Shown: positions 44,462 to 53,931 of the stretch, piece by piece
Layout: each line of letters starts with the position of its first letter
Numbering within the stretch: the stretch's first letter is position 1
Source: a candidate division FCPU426 bacterium
GTDB lineage: Bacteria > Oederibacteriota > PGYV01 > Palsa-1178
Direction: 5' to 3'
Assembly: GCA_963840035.1 (NCBI GenBank)
Contig: CAWIXE010000001.1
Location: 96,001-160,000 of the forward strand
DNA: 64,000 bases
Position numbers and translations under genes: made by a program
Notes under the pieces: generated by a model
The model's database searches: none
What the model was told of the DNA's origin: nothing
Seen by the model: the letters and a program-made list of their open reading frames with translations, nothing else

Positions 44462-44916
44462 TTTTTCTCCTCCAGCTGCGGACCCGCTCCGATTTTAAAG
44501 TGTCCCTTAAAATATTTTTTTCTTATATCCTTTATCTCGGCGGCCCACGCCTCAATGCCCCTGTTCTTTATCGCAATAAGGTTATAAACTTTCAGATTAT
44601 GCGGGTATCTGTCCGCTCCTTCTGCGAGCGGCTGAAGCTTCGAGCACGGAAATTCCGCGCATTCATGGCAAAATTCAATATTTTTTTGGCTTACGCATTC
44701 CTTTGTTTCGCATTTCCCGCCTATGGCAGTGCACCCCTGCTCGCGGCAGCCTTTGCATGTCATCTTTTCCTTTGTCATGCCTCGCGCCTCAAAAGCCGCT
44801 TTTCTTTCCGGCGGCATCATTGCCAGAAAACCGTCTATGTTTGTGTAAAAAAATTCGCAGTTAAAACAATCAATACCGCAAACCGCCGTAAGTTCCTTCA
44901 ATTGAGCCGCATCCAT
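44458..44916 (-). CDS. DUF3795 Cys-rich protein
   Basis: CGIDCFNC, CKGCR, FCHECAEFPC. Confidence 0.85.
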   Translation of the reverse strand: MDAAQLKELTAVCGIDCFNCEFFYTNIDGFLAMMPPERKAAFEARGMTKEKMTCKGCREQGCTAIGGKCETKECVSQKNIEFCHECAEFPCSKLQPLAEGADRYPHNLKVYNLIAIKNRGIEAWAAEIKDIRKKYFKGHFKIGAGPQLEEKK

Positions 44917-44969
44917 GACATTCCTCCCTTTAAAACTTGTGTTTTTTTTATGCCTGCCATTTGTTTTAC

Positions 44970-45215
44970 TTATGGCTTATAGATTTGATCCGTTTTCTTC
45001 AGAAACCTACCTTGCAGCCCCGGCAAGTTCCCTGCCGGCCGTGTTTTTTTCCGCGGCTGCTTTTTCGCCGCAGCGTTTTCAATTGCTTCCAGCATCATTA
45101 CAGCCTCTGTCACACAGCCGCTGTCCGTAAGAAACAGGGTAAATATGTCATTCCTGTAGCGTCTTGTGAATATCCCTTCTTCTTTTTTCCATGCCCGGTC
45201 ATATTTTTTTCCCAT
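44970..45215 (-). CDS. Small hypothetical protein
   Basis: GGAGGG RBS right after the receiver gene. Confidence 0.45.
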   Translation of the reverse strand: MGKKYDRAWKKEEGIFTRRYRNDIFTLFLTDSGCVTEAVMMLEAIENAAAKKQPRKKTRPAGNLPGLQGRFLKKTDQIYKP

Positions 45216-45227
45216 GACAGCCCTCCC

Positions 45228-45590
45228 TTATATTATTTTTTTGACTTCTTCTATAAGCTTTTCGGCTTCAAACGGCTTCTCAATGACCGCGGCGCATCCC
45301 ATCCTAAGGAGTTCTTCCTTGCCCGGCCTGTCCAGGAAACCGCTTATGACTATTACCGGTATCTTTTTTTTCCTTGCAAACGCGGCTTTAACCACTTCGT
45401 TCCCGCTTATGCCGGGCATATTCAGGTCTGTTATGATAAGGTCAATCTCATCCCCTGTAATGGCAAGAAGTTCTATGGCTGTCCCGGCGCTGCCGGCCTG
45501 CATAACGTCGAACCCTTCCCTGCGGAGTATAAGGGTAATGGAAGTCAGCGTATTTTTTTCATCATCCACGAGTAATATCACTTTTTTCAT
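45228..45590 (-). CDS. Single-domain response regulator (receiver)
   Basis: ILLVDDE, DLIITDLNMPG, ISG, KPF. Confidence 0.92.
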   Translation of the reverse strand: MKKVILLVDDEKNTLTSITLILRREGFDVMQAGSAGTAIELLAITGDEIDLIITDLNMPGISGNEVVKAAFARKKKIPVIVISGFLDRPGKEELLRMGCAAVIEKPFEAEKLIEEVKKII

Positions 45591-45622
45591 TTTATTCCTC
45601 CAGTTATTGATGGCTGATATAC

Positions 45623-45638
45623 AGCATTATCCGTGCCA
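45623..45638 (-). promoter_or_regulatory. Sigma54 -24/-12 promoter TGGCACGGATAATGCT
   Basis: GG-N10-GC spacing; adjacent NtrC gene; palindrome TGTCAACTTAGGTTGACA about 40 bp upstream. Confidence 0.75.
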
Positions 45639-45789
45639 ATGCAAACGATAGCTTTAAAAGGAAAAATACGGCGTGTGTCAACTTAGGTTGACATAACCAG
45701 TGAATGCTGTTAAGTGAGGTTGACTTATAGATGTGCCATCCGGCCGTTGAGATTCTTGAGACTAATGAGACTGTTGAGGCTGTCGTTTT

Positions 45790-47124
45790 CTATTTTTTCA
45801 TCCTTTTATTCATCGCCTGCCGCGTTATGCCCAGCATGGCCGCGGCCGCGCTCTGGTTTCCCTGGGAGCGTTTAAGCGCCTCTTCGGCGAGCGCCGCGTC
45901 CGCTTCGTCAAGCGTCGGCAATTTGCCGCCGAAATATATCCCGGGGCCGTCCTCATTTACCGCCATTTTTTTTATTCCGAGGTTTTCCGGCGTTATTCCT
46001 CCGTCCCTTTTTGACGCGTCTTCCATCATTGACTTCAGTTCCCTGACATTCCCGGGGAACCCGTAGCCCATCAGCGCTGACATGGCTTCTTTTCCTATTG
46101 CTGCATCCACCGCGAAATGTTTTGCCAGCAGCATAATGTCTGTTTTTCTTTCCTTAAGGGCCGGTATGGCCACATGATGGCTTTTTAGCCTGTAGAAAAG
46201 GTCTTTCCTGAAGGACGGCGACGATGAAAGTTCTTCCATACTTTTATTAGTGGCTGCCACAACCCTTATGTCGGCCTTAACCGGGGTATCCGAACCAAGC
46301 GGCGTGTATTCAGCTTCCTGCAGGAGTCTTAATAACTTTACCTGCGACGCCATTGACAGGTCGCCTATCTCGTCGAGGAACAGCGTCCCGCCTTCGGCTT
46401 TTTTTATGATTCCCGGCCTCTCCGAGTCCGCTCCCGTAAACGCCCCTTTTTTGTGGCCGAATAACGTGTCCGAAAACATATTGTCGTCAAGCCCGGCGGC
46501 ATTTAACGCTATAAACCCGCCTTTTCTTTTACCTGCCTTATGCACGGCGCGCGCCATCAGTTCTTTGCCGGTGCCTGTTTCGCCGGATATCAATATGCTG
46601 TTCTTCCCGGGCGCCACAGCTTCGATATAGCGAAAGATATTTATCATCTTCGGGTCTGCTGTTATTATTTCCTCAAAACAGGCAGCGTCCTTCAGGTCCG
46701 CCTGCATGGACCCGGCTATCATCATGTTTTCATTTTCAAGTTCGCTTATCTCTATGGCCGCCTTCACCGCGCCTACCAGCTTGTCCTTTTCAACAGGTTT
46801 TACAAGGTAATCCTTCGCCCCTTTTTTCATGCACGCGATAGCGGTCTCCACTTCGTTCAATCCGGTAAGCATTATAACCCTGCAATACGGCGCTTCCGCG
46901 GAAAGTATGTCCAGCGCCTCAAGCCCCGTCATGTCAGGCATGGTGATATCAAGGACCGCGGCGCACGCACTGCCGTCTTTCACGGCCTTTATGCCGGCTT
47001 TTGCGCCTGACGCTTTTATAATATTCGTAATGCCTTCCATCTTGAGGACTGTCTCGGCGCTTAAGAGCGCGTGCGGTTCATCGTCTATGATTACGACCGG
47101 GTATTTCGGATAGAGTTCAGCCAT
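45790..47124 (-). CDS. Sigma54-dependent NtrC-family response regulator
   Basis: Receiver; GETGTGKE; GAFTGA; FLDEIGD; FPGNVREL; Fis HTH. Confidence 0.95.
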   Translation of the reverse strand: MAELYPKYPVVIIDDEPHALLSAETVLKMEGITNIIKASGAKAGIKAVKDGSACAAVLDITMPDMTGLEALDILSAEAPYCRVIMLTGLNEVETAIACMKKGAKDYLVKPVEKDKLVGAVKAAIEISELENENMMIAGSMQADLKDAACFEEIITADPKMINIFRYIEAVAPGKNSILISGETGTGKELMARAVHKAGKRKGGFIALNAAGLDDNMFSDTLFGHKKGAFTGADSERPGIIKKAEGGTLFLDEIGDLSMASQVKLLRLLQEAEYTPLGSDTPVKADIRVVAATNKSMEELSSSPSFRKDLFYRLKSHHVAIPALKERKTDIMLLAKHFAVDAAIGKEAMSALMGYGFPGNVRELKSMMEDASKRDGGITPENLGIKKMAVNEDGPGIYFGGKLPTLDEADAALAEEALKRSQGNQSAAAAMLGITRQAMNKRMKK

Positions 47125-48763
47125 TATAAGCTCCTTTTATGGGTATCATGACAAGGACTTTTGTCCCCCTGCCTTTTTCAGATTCAAAACTTATTTCCCC
47201 GTTGTGGTCTTTTACTATGCCTGAAGAAACAGAAAGCCCGAGGCCTGTGCCTCCAGTTTCCCTTTTGGTGGTAAAGAACGGGTCATAAATGTATTTGAGT
47301 GTTTCAGCGTCCATGCCGACCCCTTCGTCCGCGCATTCAAATATGGCAACGTTATCCCATTCATACACGCTTGCCCTTATCTTCTTTCCTTTTTCCTTTA
47401 CCGCGTCGCATGCGTTCTGCAGGAGATTTATAACCACCTGCTCCAGCCTCTGAAAATTTCCAAGGACAACCACGGGCGACCCGTGATACGAGGCTGAAAA
47501 TTCAGCCGGGCATTTTTTAAGGTGGTTTTGAAGAAGAAGCAGGGATGACTTTAAAACCTGGTTTAAGTCCACGTCCTGCCTTAAATCCGAGGTGTCTTTC
47601 CTGGCAAAATCCTTCAGCCCCAGGACAATATTTTTGATCCTGTCAGCCCCGTCCCTTACTCCCCTGATGAGCTCCGGTACGGTATTTTTCATTTCTTTAT
47701 AATCAATATTTGCCAGCCTGAATTTGGCATCCCGCGCGTAATGTTCGTCCAGCACGGGTTCCACGGATTTCCAGACATCCGCCAGTATGGGAGCGTTAAG
47801 CATTATGAAGTTCGTAGGGTTGTTTATCTCGTGCGCGACGCCCGCCACCAGCGTGCCGAGGGCCACCATTTTTGAGGCCTGAAAAAGTTCCTCCTGCCTG
47901 CGTTTTTCAAGCGCCGCGGCGCGTTTTTCATCGGATACATCCTCAAAGGTCGCGACCACTCCCCTTAAATCATCAACGATAAAACCGCCCACGGTCATGA
48001 ATACACTGCATTCGCTGCCGTCCCTGCGCAGGATCACGGTCTCATACTGGTTTACCTCAGGCCGTCCCTGCATCCTTTTCGCGTAACGGTCAAGCACCTT
48101 CTGCCTGTCGGAAGGCGCCACCAGCTCCGCTATGGGCAGCTTCATGACTTCTTCATATGAATAGCCGGTCATATTCAGAAACGCCTTATTCGCGTAGGTC
48201 CACACCCCGTTTATAACCATGGTAATGCCGAGCGCCGCGTTATCAGCCAGTGCCCTGTACTTTTCCTCGGATGCCCTGAGTTCCTTTGTCCTGTCGGCCA
48301 CTATTTTTTCAAGCTTGTCCTTGTGGTCTTTCAGTTCCTGTTCCAGCTTTTTGCGCTGGGTTATGTCATTGCCTACGCTTAATACGGCAGTTACGGCCCC
48401 CATCTCATATACCGCCTTATTGGACCATGATATCCACACCCTAGTACCGTCTTTTTTAATATTCTCATTTTCATTGACGGCGAATTTCTGGGGATTCTCG
48501 GTGATGTTCCTGATCATCACTTTCAGGTCATCCCCGGTTACGGCTTTAGCCGGCACGATGGTGCTCATGACATTATGGCCGACAACTTCTTTTTCACTAA
48601 ATCCAAAAAAGTACAGCCCGTAATAATTCATAAACAGTATTGTGCCGTCGGTTTTCCAGACAAGAATTATGGAGTTTGCCGTATCGAGGAGTTCCTTATA
48701 CCATCCCGGCTGGGATGTCATTTCCTTTAGTACACCGTGCTTTGAATTATCATCGTAATGCAT
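47117..48763 (-). CDS. Cytoplasmic PAS-PAS histidine kinase
   Basis: Two PAS/PAC domains; AHEINNP; NLLQNA; DPFFTTK; GTGLGL. Confidence 0.95.
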   Translation of the reverse strand: MHYDDNSKHGVLKEMTSQPGWYKELLDTANSIILVWKTDGTILFMNYYGLYFFGFSEKEVVGHNVMSTIVPAKAVTGDDLKVMIRNITENPQKFAVNENENIKKDGTRVWISWSNKAVYEMGAVTAVLSVGNDITQRKKLEQELKDHKDKLEKIVADRTKELRASEEKYRALADNAALGITMVINGVWTYANKAFLNMTGYSYEEVMKLPIAELVAPSDRQKVLDRYAKRMQGRPEVNQYETVILRRDGSECSVFMTVGGFIVDDLRGVVATFEDVSDEKRAAALEKRRQEELFQASKMVALGTLVAGVAHEINNPTNFIMLNAPILADVWKSVEPVLDEHYARDAKFRLANIDYKEMKNTVPELIRGVRDGADRIKNIVLGLKDFARKDTSDLRQDVDLNQVLKSSLLLLQNHLKKCPAEFSASYHGSPVVVLGNFQRLEQVVINLLQNACDAVKEKGKKIRASVYEWDNVAIFECADEGVGMDAETLKYIYDPFFTTKRETGGTGLGLSVSSGIVKDHNGEISFESEKGRGTKVLVMIPIKGAYNG

Positions 48764-48885
48764 TCGCTCTTCCTTTTATGAAACAGCCGATTTAATTCCG
48801 ATAACCCCATTTTAATCTGTTGCCCGGCCGTTGTAAAGCCCGGTTTTTTGTTTGCCGGCTGCAGACAAATACGGGCAGGGTTGAA

Positions 48886-49254
48886 TTAAGGCCTGACTTT
48901 GATCCATTCGGCCGCGCTTTCCCTGTCCGCGAAAACCTGATAGGGTATGCACCTGTTCCGGGCTACCGTCATGTCAAACTCATCCTTCGGCATCGATTGT
49001 TTGTGGTATAGGGCGGCAACTTTCATCTTTTTCTCCCGGAAAACCGACATCATAGTAACGAGGTAATACCTGTCCATTTCCGTCAGCGGCATTTGTATCT
49101 TTTCCATGTTAAAAAGCACGCCCTTAGCCCCGGCTTTTTCAGCCTGCCTGGCTATGTCAAAATAAGTGTCTGTAAAATCATCCGGGGTAAAGACCCCTTC
49201 GTAGCACGCTTCAAACATACACCCGTGCATTAGCGTCTTGACGCTGTTTTCCAT
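48886..49254 (-). CDS. Hypothetical protein, STAS/SEC14 (SpoIIAA-like) fold suspected
   Basis: C-terminal VFADRESAAEWI pattern. Confidence 0.6.
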   Translation of the reverse strand: MENSVKTLMHGCMFEACYEGVFTPDDFTDTYFDIARQAEKAGAKGVLFNMEKIQMPLTEMDRYYLVTMMSVFREKKMKVAALYHKQSMPKDEFDMTVARNRCIPYQVFADRESAAEWIKVRP

Positions 49255-49288
49255 CCCGCCCCCGTTTGTATTAAAACATATTTCAGCA

Positions 49289-50164
49289 TTAAGCCAGTAT
49301 CATTATATCCATTTCAAAATCATCATTTAAAAATGACATTCCGTCAAAACGCACTATGAATGACTTAAGGTCTTTTGCCACGTTCTTCGCCAGCCAGTTC
49401 CCAAAAACATACTCGCAGCTGTTTTCCATGAGCCCCGCATGGCCGCGGTGCTTGAATACCGCGTAAGTCCCGGACTTAACCTTCATCCTGGCGGCTCTTT
49501 TATTCACGCGTCCCGGGATTGGTTCGCTTCCCATAAATACGCGTATCCTGCCGGAAGGGCCAAATACAGACTCGCCTTTTTTGTCGTCGCCGGATCTTAC
49601 AAGGACATAAAACCTGCTGTCGGCGCGGCCCCTGAGTTTAAGTGTTTTCATCAGGTACCGCCCGAAGAACCTAATGGAATCATATACGCTCTCTTCCCTT
49701 GTAATTGCCCCTTCAATCCCTTCTATACTTACGGATTTTATATTGACTCTTTCCGGAGCAAGGCTTATGCCCCCGCCAAGTATGTGGTCTATGGCCCTAT
49801 TGCTTAACCTGCGCCGTTCGAGATGGTACGCCTCAAATTTGTTTTTCCTGTATTGCTTCGGGGTCACGCGGAACTGCTTTTTAAATGCCCGCGTGAAGGC
49901 TTCCCTGTATTCAAATCCGTATTCCTCGCACAGCGCGGATATTTCCTTTTTTGAATGTATCAGTTCCCTTGATATCATGGTGAGCTTTCTTTTTCTTATA
50001 TAACTGCCGATTGTTTCCCTGAAAAGTTTTTTAAAAAGCCTCCAGAAGTGGTGCTTTGACATCATGGCTGCACCGGCGGCTTCGGAGACAGAAACTCCCC
50101 GCTTTATGTTTTTTTCAATGAAATCTATGGATAACCTGATATTTTTGGAATATCTGCTGTTCAA
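49289..50164 (-). CDS. AraC-family regulator with GyrI-like effector domain
   Basis: SKHHFWRLFK..YIRKRKL; YGFEYREAFTRAFKKQF.VTPKQYRK; GTYAVFKHRG. Confidence 0.9.
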   Translation of the reverse strand: MNSRYSKNIRLSIDFIEKNIKRGVSVSEAAGAAMMSKHHFWRLFKKLFRETIGSYIRKRKLTMISRELIHSKKEISALCEEYGFEYREAFTRAFKKQFRVTPKQYRKNKFEAYHLERRRLSNRAIDHILGGGISLAPERVNIKSVSIEGIEGAITREESVYDSIRFFGRYLMKTLKLRGRADSRFYVLVRSGDDKKGESVFGPSGRIRVFMGSEPIPGRVNKRAARMKVKSGTYAVFKHRGHAGLMENSCEYVFGNWLAKNVAKDLKSFIVRFDGMSFLNDDFEMDIMILA

Positions 50165-50389
50165 TGTATCACACCGACCTTTTAGAATGAGATTATACCA
50201 GCGCGCAGGTGCGTCAGCATGCCTTTACCGTGTGGAGTATTGCCGCTTCTTCCTGATTAAATTGTACTATATATGGAATTAAAAATAATTGATTTTTTTC
50301 GGCATTTTTTCAGGGCATGGTCCGGATATTTTCATACGACTGACGCGGCAATTTTGGTCGGTGCGGTTTACGTGGCCGGAAATATTATT

Positions 50390-51379
50390 TTACCAGACAG
50401 CCTCATGCTCCTCGGCGAAACCGTAAACATCCTTCAGGCCGCAGGCGTCATTACCGTCAAAAAGAACCCCGGAGAACGTGCCAAAGGGCTGGTGAAAATA
50501 ACTTTTAATAAAACCAATGTCAAAATTTTTGCTGCGCCCGCCTTCAGGCTTAAATATCAGGTCAACCTTTCCGTCAAAAGACTTTATCTTCCATGGCGCC
50601 ATCAGGTTATGGCTGTTGTATGTAAAATTCACAGTGTCCACTTTTGTCATCCTGCCGTCTACCCAGAAAACGTTCTCAGTAAAACCCGTTTCATTTACCC
50701 CCATGGCGAGATTAAAACCAAGTTTTCTGCCATTTAAATCCAAACCGCCGCCGGATGCCCAGTTCCAGAAAGTCCTGCGCTGGAGTACGCCAAATGTGTA
50801 ATCAAAACCCCCCGCTGCCTCAGCCGGGTCCATATTATATCCGGCCCCGTTTGTTTTTATAACACCTGAGGTGCTTAATCCGGCTTCCTTGTTTGTGTAA
50901 TTAAAGCCTTTTAACCCGTTTCTTGTCACAAGGTTTAATGAATCCTTAAGCCTGCTGTAAATCTGGCTAATTTCAAAACCATTTCCCAGGTCAGCTTCAA
51001 GCTTTATGGCGTCAGGGGTTATCATAATCCCCGCGGTTATGCCGCCTGATTTAAAGGAAACGCTGCCCGAGGCGGAACTTCCCGAAAATATAACTCCCAT
51101 GCCGAACGGCACAATTACATCCCTGGAACACACGAGTTTTTTGAGTTTCCTGTCAAATACATATGCAAAAAGGTTCGCGAGGTAACCAAGATGAACAATG
51201 GCAAAACCAAAAGTAATATCTTTGTTTGAAACGCCGAGGAAAATCCAGCGCTTGTGAGGATGATTTTTACGGCTTTTCAGACTGCCGTCAGGCTTAAAAT
51301 CCGCGATGTTCAGGTCAGTCAGGGGTTCTGTTTGCAGCCCGAATGCCGGCCGGCCTGATTCGTTTATGAGTTTACGCAA
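50390..51379 (-). CDS. DUF2804-family protein
   Basis: RRTFWNWA, TENVFWVDG, FHQPFGTFSG, GFAEEHEAVW. Confidence 0.8.
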   Translation of the reverse strand: MRKLINESGRPAFGLQTEPLTDLNIADFKPDGSLKSRKNHPHKRWIFLGVSNKDITFGFAIVHLGYLANLFAYVFDRKLKKLVCSRDVIVPFGMGVIFSGSSASGSVSFKSGGITAGIMITPDAIKLEADLGNGFEISQIYSRLKDSLNLVTRNGLKGFNYTNKEAGLSTSGVIKTNGAGYNMDPAEAAGGFDYTFGVLQRRTFWNWASGGGLDLNGRKLGFNLAMGVNETGFTENVFWVDGRMTKVDTVNFTYNSHNLMAPWKIKSFDGKVDLIFKPEGGRSKNFDIGFIKSYFHQPFGTFSGVLFDGNDACGLKDVYGFAEEHEAVW

Positions 51380-51399
51380 GAATCCCCCCTTTTAAAATT

Positions 51400-51460
51400 A
51401 AAAAGGGGCCAGCTGGCCTTGTGTAGGGTTAAAACCCTGAAGGCGCAGCTAGGTGGCCCC
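51400..51460 (-). ncRNA. Candidate small structured RNA or leader hairpin
   Basis: Four nested stems GGGGCC/AGCTG/GCCTT/AGGGT with complements, followed by a T tract; promoter-like sequence upstream. Confidence 0.45.
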
Positions 51461-51535
51461 ACTAAATATATGCCACGGAATTAAAAAAAAATCAAATGGA
51501 TTTTGCTTGTTTTTAGAAATATTTAAAAGCCCGTC

Positions 51536-52780
51536 TTACCCTTTAAGGACGCTTTTTAAAAGCCTGTTTATTACAGCCGGCGTGGCTTTCGGATAAACGC
51601 GCGCCACGCGGTATAGGAATTCCTTGTAATCGCGGCGCAGCGTCAGCGACGCCACTTCCGGAATTGTCAGCGCGGAAAATATGGCCTTTATTGCCCGGAC
51701 CGCGAATTTGATGGAAAGGTCGTCGCCCCTCATGAAATTATCTATAAATTCCGGGGCATTGTCATTCATGGCGTATACGGCCTTATCCAGCAGGGCAGCG
51801 TCGATATTTTTTAATATTTCCGAAACAAGGTAATGCAGCTCATATCCGGGATATCTGGAGGCCACAACAGCTTCGGCATACCTTATTTTACCTGTCTTAT
51901 ACCCCTTTTTAATTTCTTTCGCGACTAGCTTTGCCTCGTCCATGGCGCGCAGCAGCCCGTAACCGCTTGAAGGCAGCGGCGAGGATGCGGAATCGCCGCA
52001 GAAAAAGACCCTGCCCTTTGAAAAATAACCCCGCTCAACAAGCGGTATGTTTCCTTTTATAATGGCTGTTATTTTGCCATTTAGTTTCCTTAATTTTATG
52101 TACTTATTCAGCGACGCTTTTGCCCTTAAGATGGTCCGGGCGTTTAGTTCTTCAAAGAAAAAGCATCCTGCCAAAGCGCTTGTTTTTGAATAAGGAAGGA
52201 GCCAGAAATAATCCTTGCCGGGAAATGCCGCGTCAAAAATATACGCTGCGGAGCTGTCCGTGATTTTTAACCCGCTTATCTCAGCCGCGTAACAGCCCAT
52301 AGACCCGCTGGCAGGAAGGCTTTTGCTCAGCTTTTTCTGCATGGCGGAAGAGGCGCCTGATGCGTCCACACAGTATGAGGCCGAATAAATGCATTTTGAG
52401 GTTTTAATGAGGATATTGTCCGTGCTTTCCCTGTGTTTGAGAAACACTTCATTTTCCTTTATTATAACCCCTGCTTTTTGCGCCTGAGCCTTCAGTATTT
52501 CCAGCAGTTTTTTTGTATCCAGTATGGCAGCGCGTGAATTGGTGAAATTATACCTGGCTCCAAGAAGACCTTTGAAGGTAAGCGTGTCTATCCGGTTTAT
52601 TATGGCCGGCTCGTATCCGCGCTTTTGCACCTCATCAAGCCATGTTATCCAGCTGCGCGGGCGCGCGCCTATGCCCTCTTTTTCAATGAGGACAGTTTTC
52701 AGCCCGCATCCTGCCAGAAGCCTCGCGGCGGTCAACCCCGCCGGCCCTCCCCCTATGATGACTATATCGGTTTTTTCCAT
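51536..52780 (-). CDS. FAD-dependent oxidoreductase (geranylgeranyl reductase/lycopene cyclase-like)
   Basis: DIVIIGGGPAG, VDASG, YFWLLP, GDSAS..P.SGYG; likely start MEKTD. Confidence 0.85.
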   Translation of the reverse strand: MEKTDIVIIGGGPAGLTAARLLAGCGLKTVLIEKEGIGARPRSWITWLDEVQKRGYEPAIINRIDTLTFKGLLGARYNFTNSRAAILDTKKLLEILKAQAQKAGVIIKENEVFLKHRESTDNILIKTSKCIYSASYCVDASGASSAMQKKLSKSLPASGSMGCYAAEISGLKITDSSAAYIFDAAFPGKDYFWLLPYSKTSALAGCFFFEELNARTILRAKASLNKYIKLRKLNGKITAIIKGNIPLVERGYFSKGRVFFCGDSASSPLPSSGYGLLRAMDEAKLVAKEIKKGYKTGKIRYAEAVVASRYPGYELHYLVSEILKNIDAALLDKAVYAMNDNAPEFIDNFMRGDDLSIKFAVRAIKAIFSALTIPEVASLTLRRDYKEFLYRVARVYPKATPAVINRLLKSVLKG

Positions 52781-52845
52781 ACTATAATTGTAATGTTTAA
52801 AAGGGGGTTTTTCAACAGGCAAATGAGTTTTATCGTATTTTTCCC

Positions 52846-52876
52846 TTGACTCTGACGTAACGTCATAGTTTATAAT
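52846..52876 (+). promoter_or_regulatory. MerR-type promoter/operator TTGACT-N19-TATAAT
   Basis: 19-bp spacer containing the dyad TGACGTAACGTCA, upstream of a MerR gene. Confidence 0.92.
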
Positions 52877-52927
52877 ACCTATAATTAACATTTGAAGTGT
52901 ACTGTTAAGAAGATGTGTTTACAGTTT

Positions 52928-53040
52928 GTCATTGCGAGGAGCCGCTGTCGGCTTATGGCGACGAAGCAATCTCGTTTTCTCCTTATGGAACAGCGAGATT
53001 GCTTCGTCGGCAAGTAACAAAAACGCCTCCTCGCAATGAC
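52928..53040. repeat. GTCATTGCGAGGAG-type palindromic element (second copy 56763-56869)
   Basis: GTCATTGCGAGGA..CGACGAAGCAATCT..AGATTGCTTCGTC..CCTCGCAATGAC. Confidence 0.9.
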
Positions 53041-53071
53041 AAGCATAAAATTGTAAACAGGAGGATTCTAA

Positions 53072-53830
53072 ATGAGTTCATATACCGTCCAAAAGCTCGC
53101 GTCCCTGGCGGGAGTCACTGTCCGCACGCTTCATCATTACGACGCAATCGGCCTGCTTAAACCGGGAAGCCGCACAGATTCCGGTTACAGGCTTTATAAG
53201 GAAAAAGACCTGCTGAAACTGCAGCAGATAATGTTTTACAAAGAGCTTGAATTCCCGCTTGATGAGATAAAGAAGATTATCAATAATAAGAGCTTTAACA
53301 TGGTGCGCGCTCTGGAAAACCACAGGAAGATGCTGGCGGACAGGAACAAACGCACTGAAACGCTCTTAAAAACGATAGATAAAACCATAAAAGAACTGAA
53401 GGAGGAGAAACACATGTTAAAAGACGAGGAACTTTACGAAGGCTTTTCAAAGGAAGAGGCAAAGAAACTAAGAGAGTACGCTGAGGAAGCCGCGAAGACC
53501 TATGACCCGGGAATGGTCAAGGAGTCCTATCACAGGGTCCGCAAGCTCACCAAAGAACAGTGGAAAAACGTCCAAAAAGAAGGCGAGGATAACACAAAGC
53601 TGCTCGCGTCGCTCATGGGCAAAGACCCGGCGTCAAAGGAAGTTCAGGCAGCCATTACAAAACACTACAACCACTTAAACAACTTCTACACGCCGAACAA
53701 GGAAATGTACCGCGGGCTCGGGGAATTATACGTCACTGATGACAGGTTCAGGGCGCATTACGACAAGTACGGAAAAGGGCTGGCGGATTTCATAAAAAAA
53801 GCGATAGATGTGTTTTGTGGTAAGAATTAA
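53072..53830 (+). CDS. MerR-family regulator with TipAS domain (TipA/Mta-like)
   Basis: GVTVRTLHHYDAIGLLKP..GYRLY; GLGELYVTDDRFRAHYD. Confidence 0.93.
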   Translation: MSSYTVQKLASLAGVTVRTLHHYDAIGLLKPGSRTDSGYRLYKEKDLLKLQQIMFYKELEFPLDEIKKIINNKSFNMVRALENHRKMLADRNKRTETLLKTIDKTIKELKEEKHMLKDEELYEGFSKEEAKKLREYAEEAAKTYDPGMVKESYHRVRKLTKEQWKNVQKEGEDNTKLLASLMGKDPASKEVQAAITKHYNHLNNFYTPNKEMYRGLGELYVTDDRFRAHYDKYGKGLADFIKKAIDVFCGKN

Positions 53831-53837
53831 AGACCTT

Positions 53838-53929
53838 CCTTAACCCTTATACTTAATTCTTATCCTCAGCCTTTGGACCTAATACAAGGTCCAATGGCTA
53901 AGGGTAAGGATGAGGATAAGGGTTAAGGT
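53838..53929. repeat. Inverted hexamer-repeat element (CCTTAA/CCCTTA vs TAAGGG) between convergent genes
   Basis: Tandem 6-mers around TTGGACCT..AGGTCCAA. Confidence 0.75.
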
Positions 53930-53931
53930 TT

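Noticed and set aside
51400..51460. SRP RNA, 6S RNA or tRNA identity for the hairpin
   Set aside because: No SRP GGAA-loop motif, too short for 6S, no cloverleaf
52781..52891. N-terminal extension of the FAD oxidoreductase
   Set aside because: Overlaps the MerR promoter; the Rossmann motif starts right after Met at 52780
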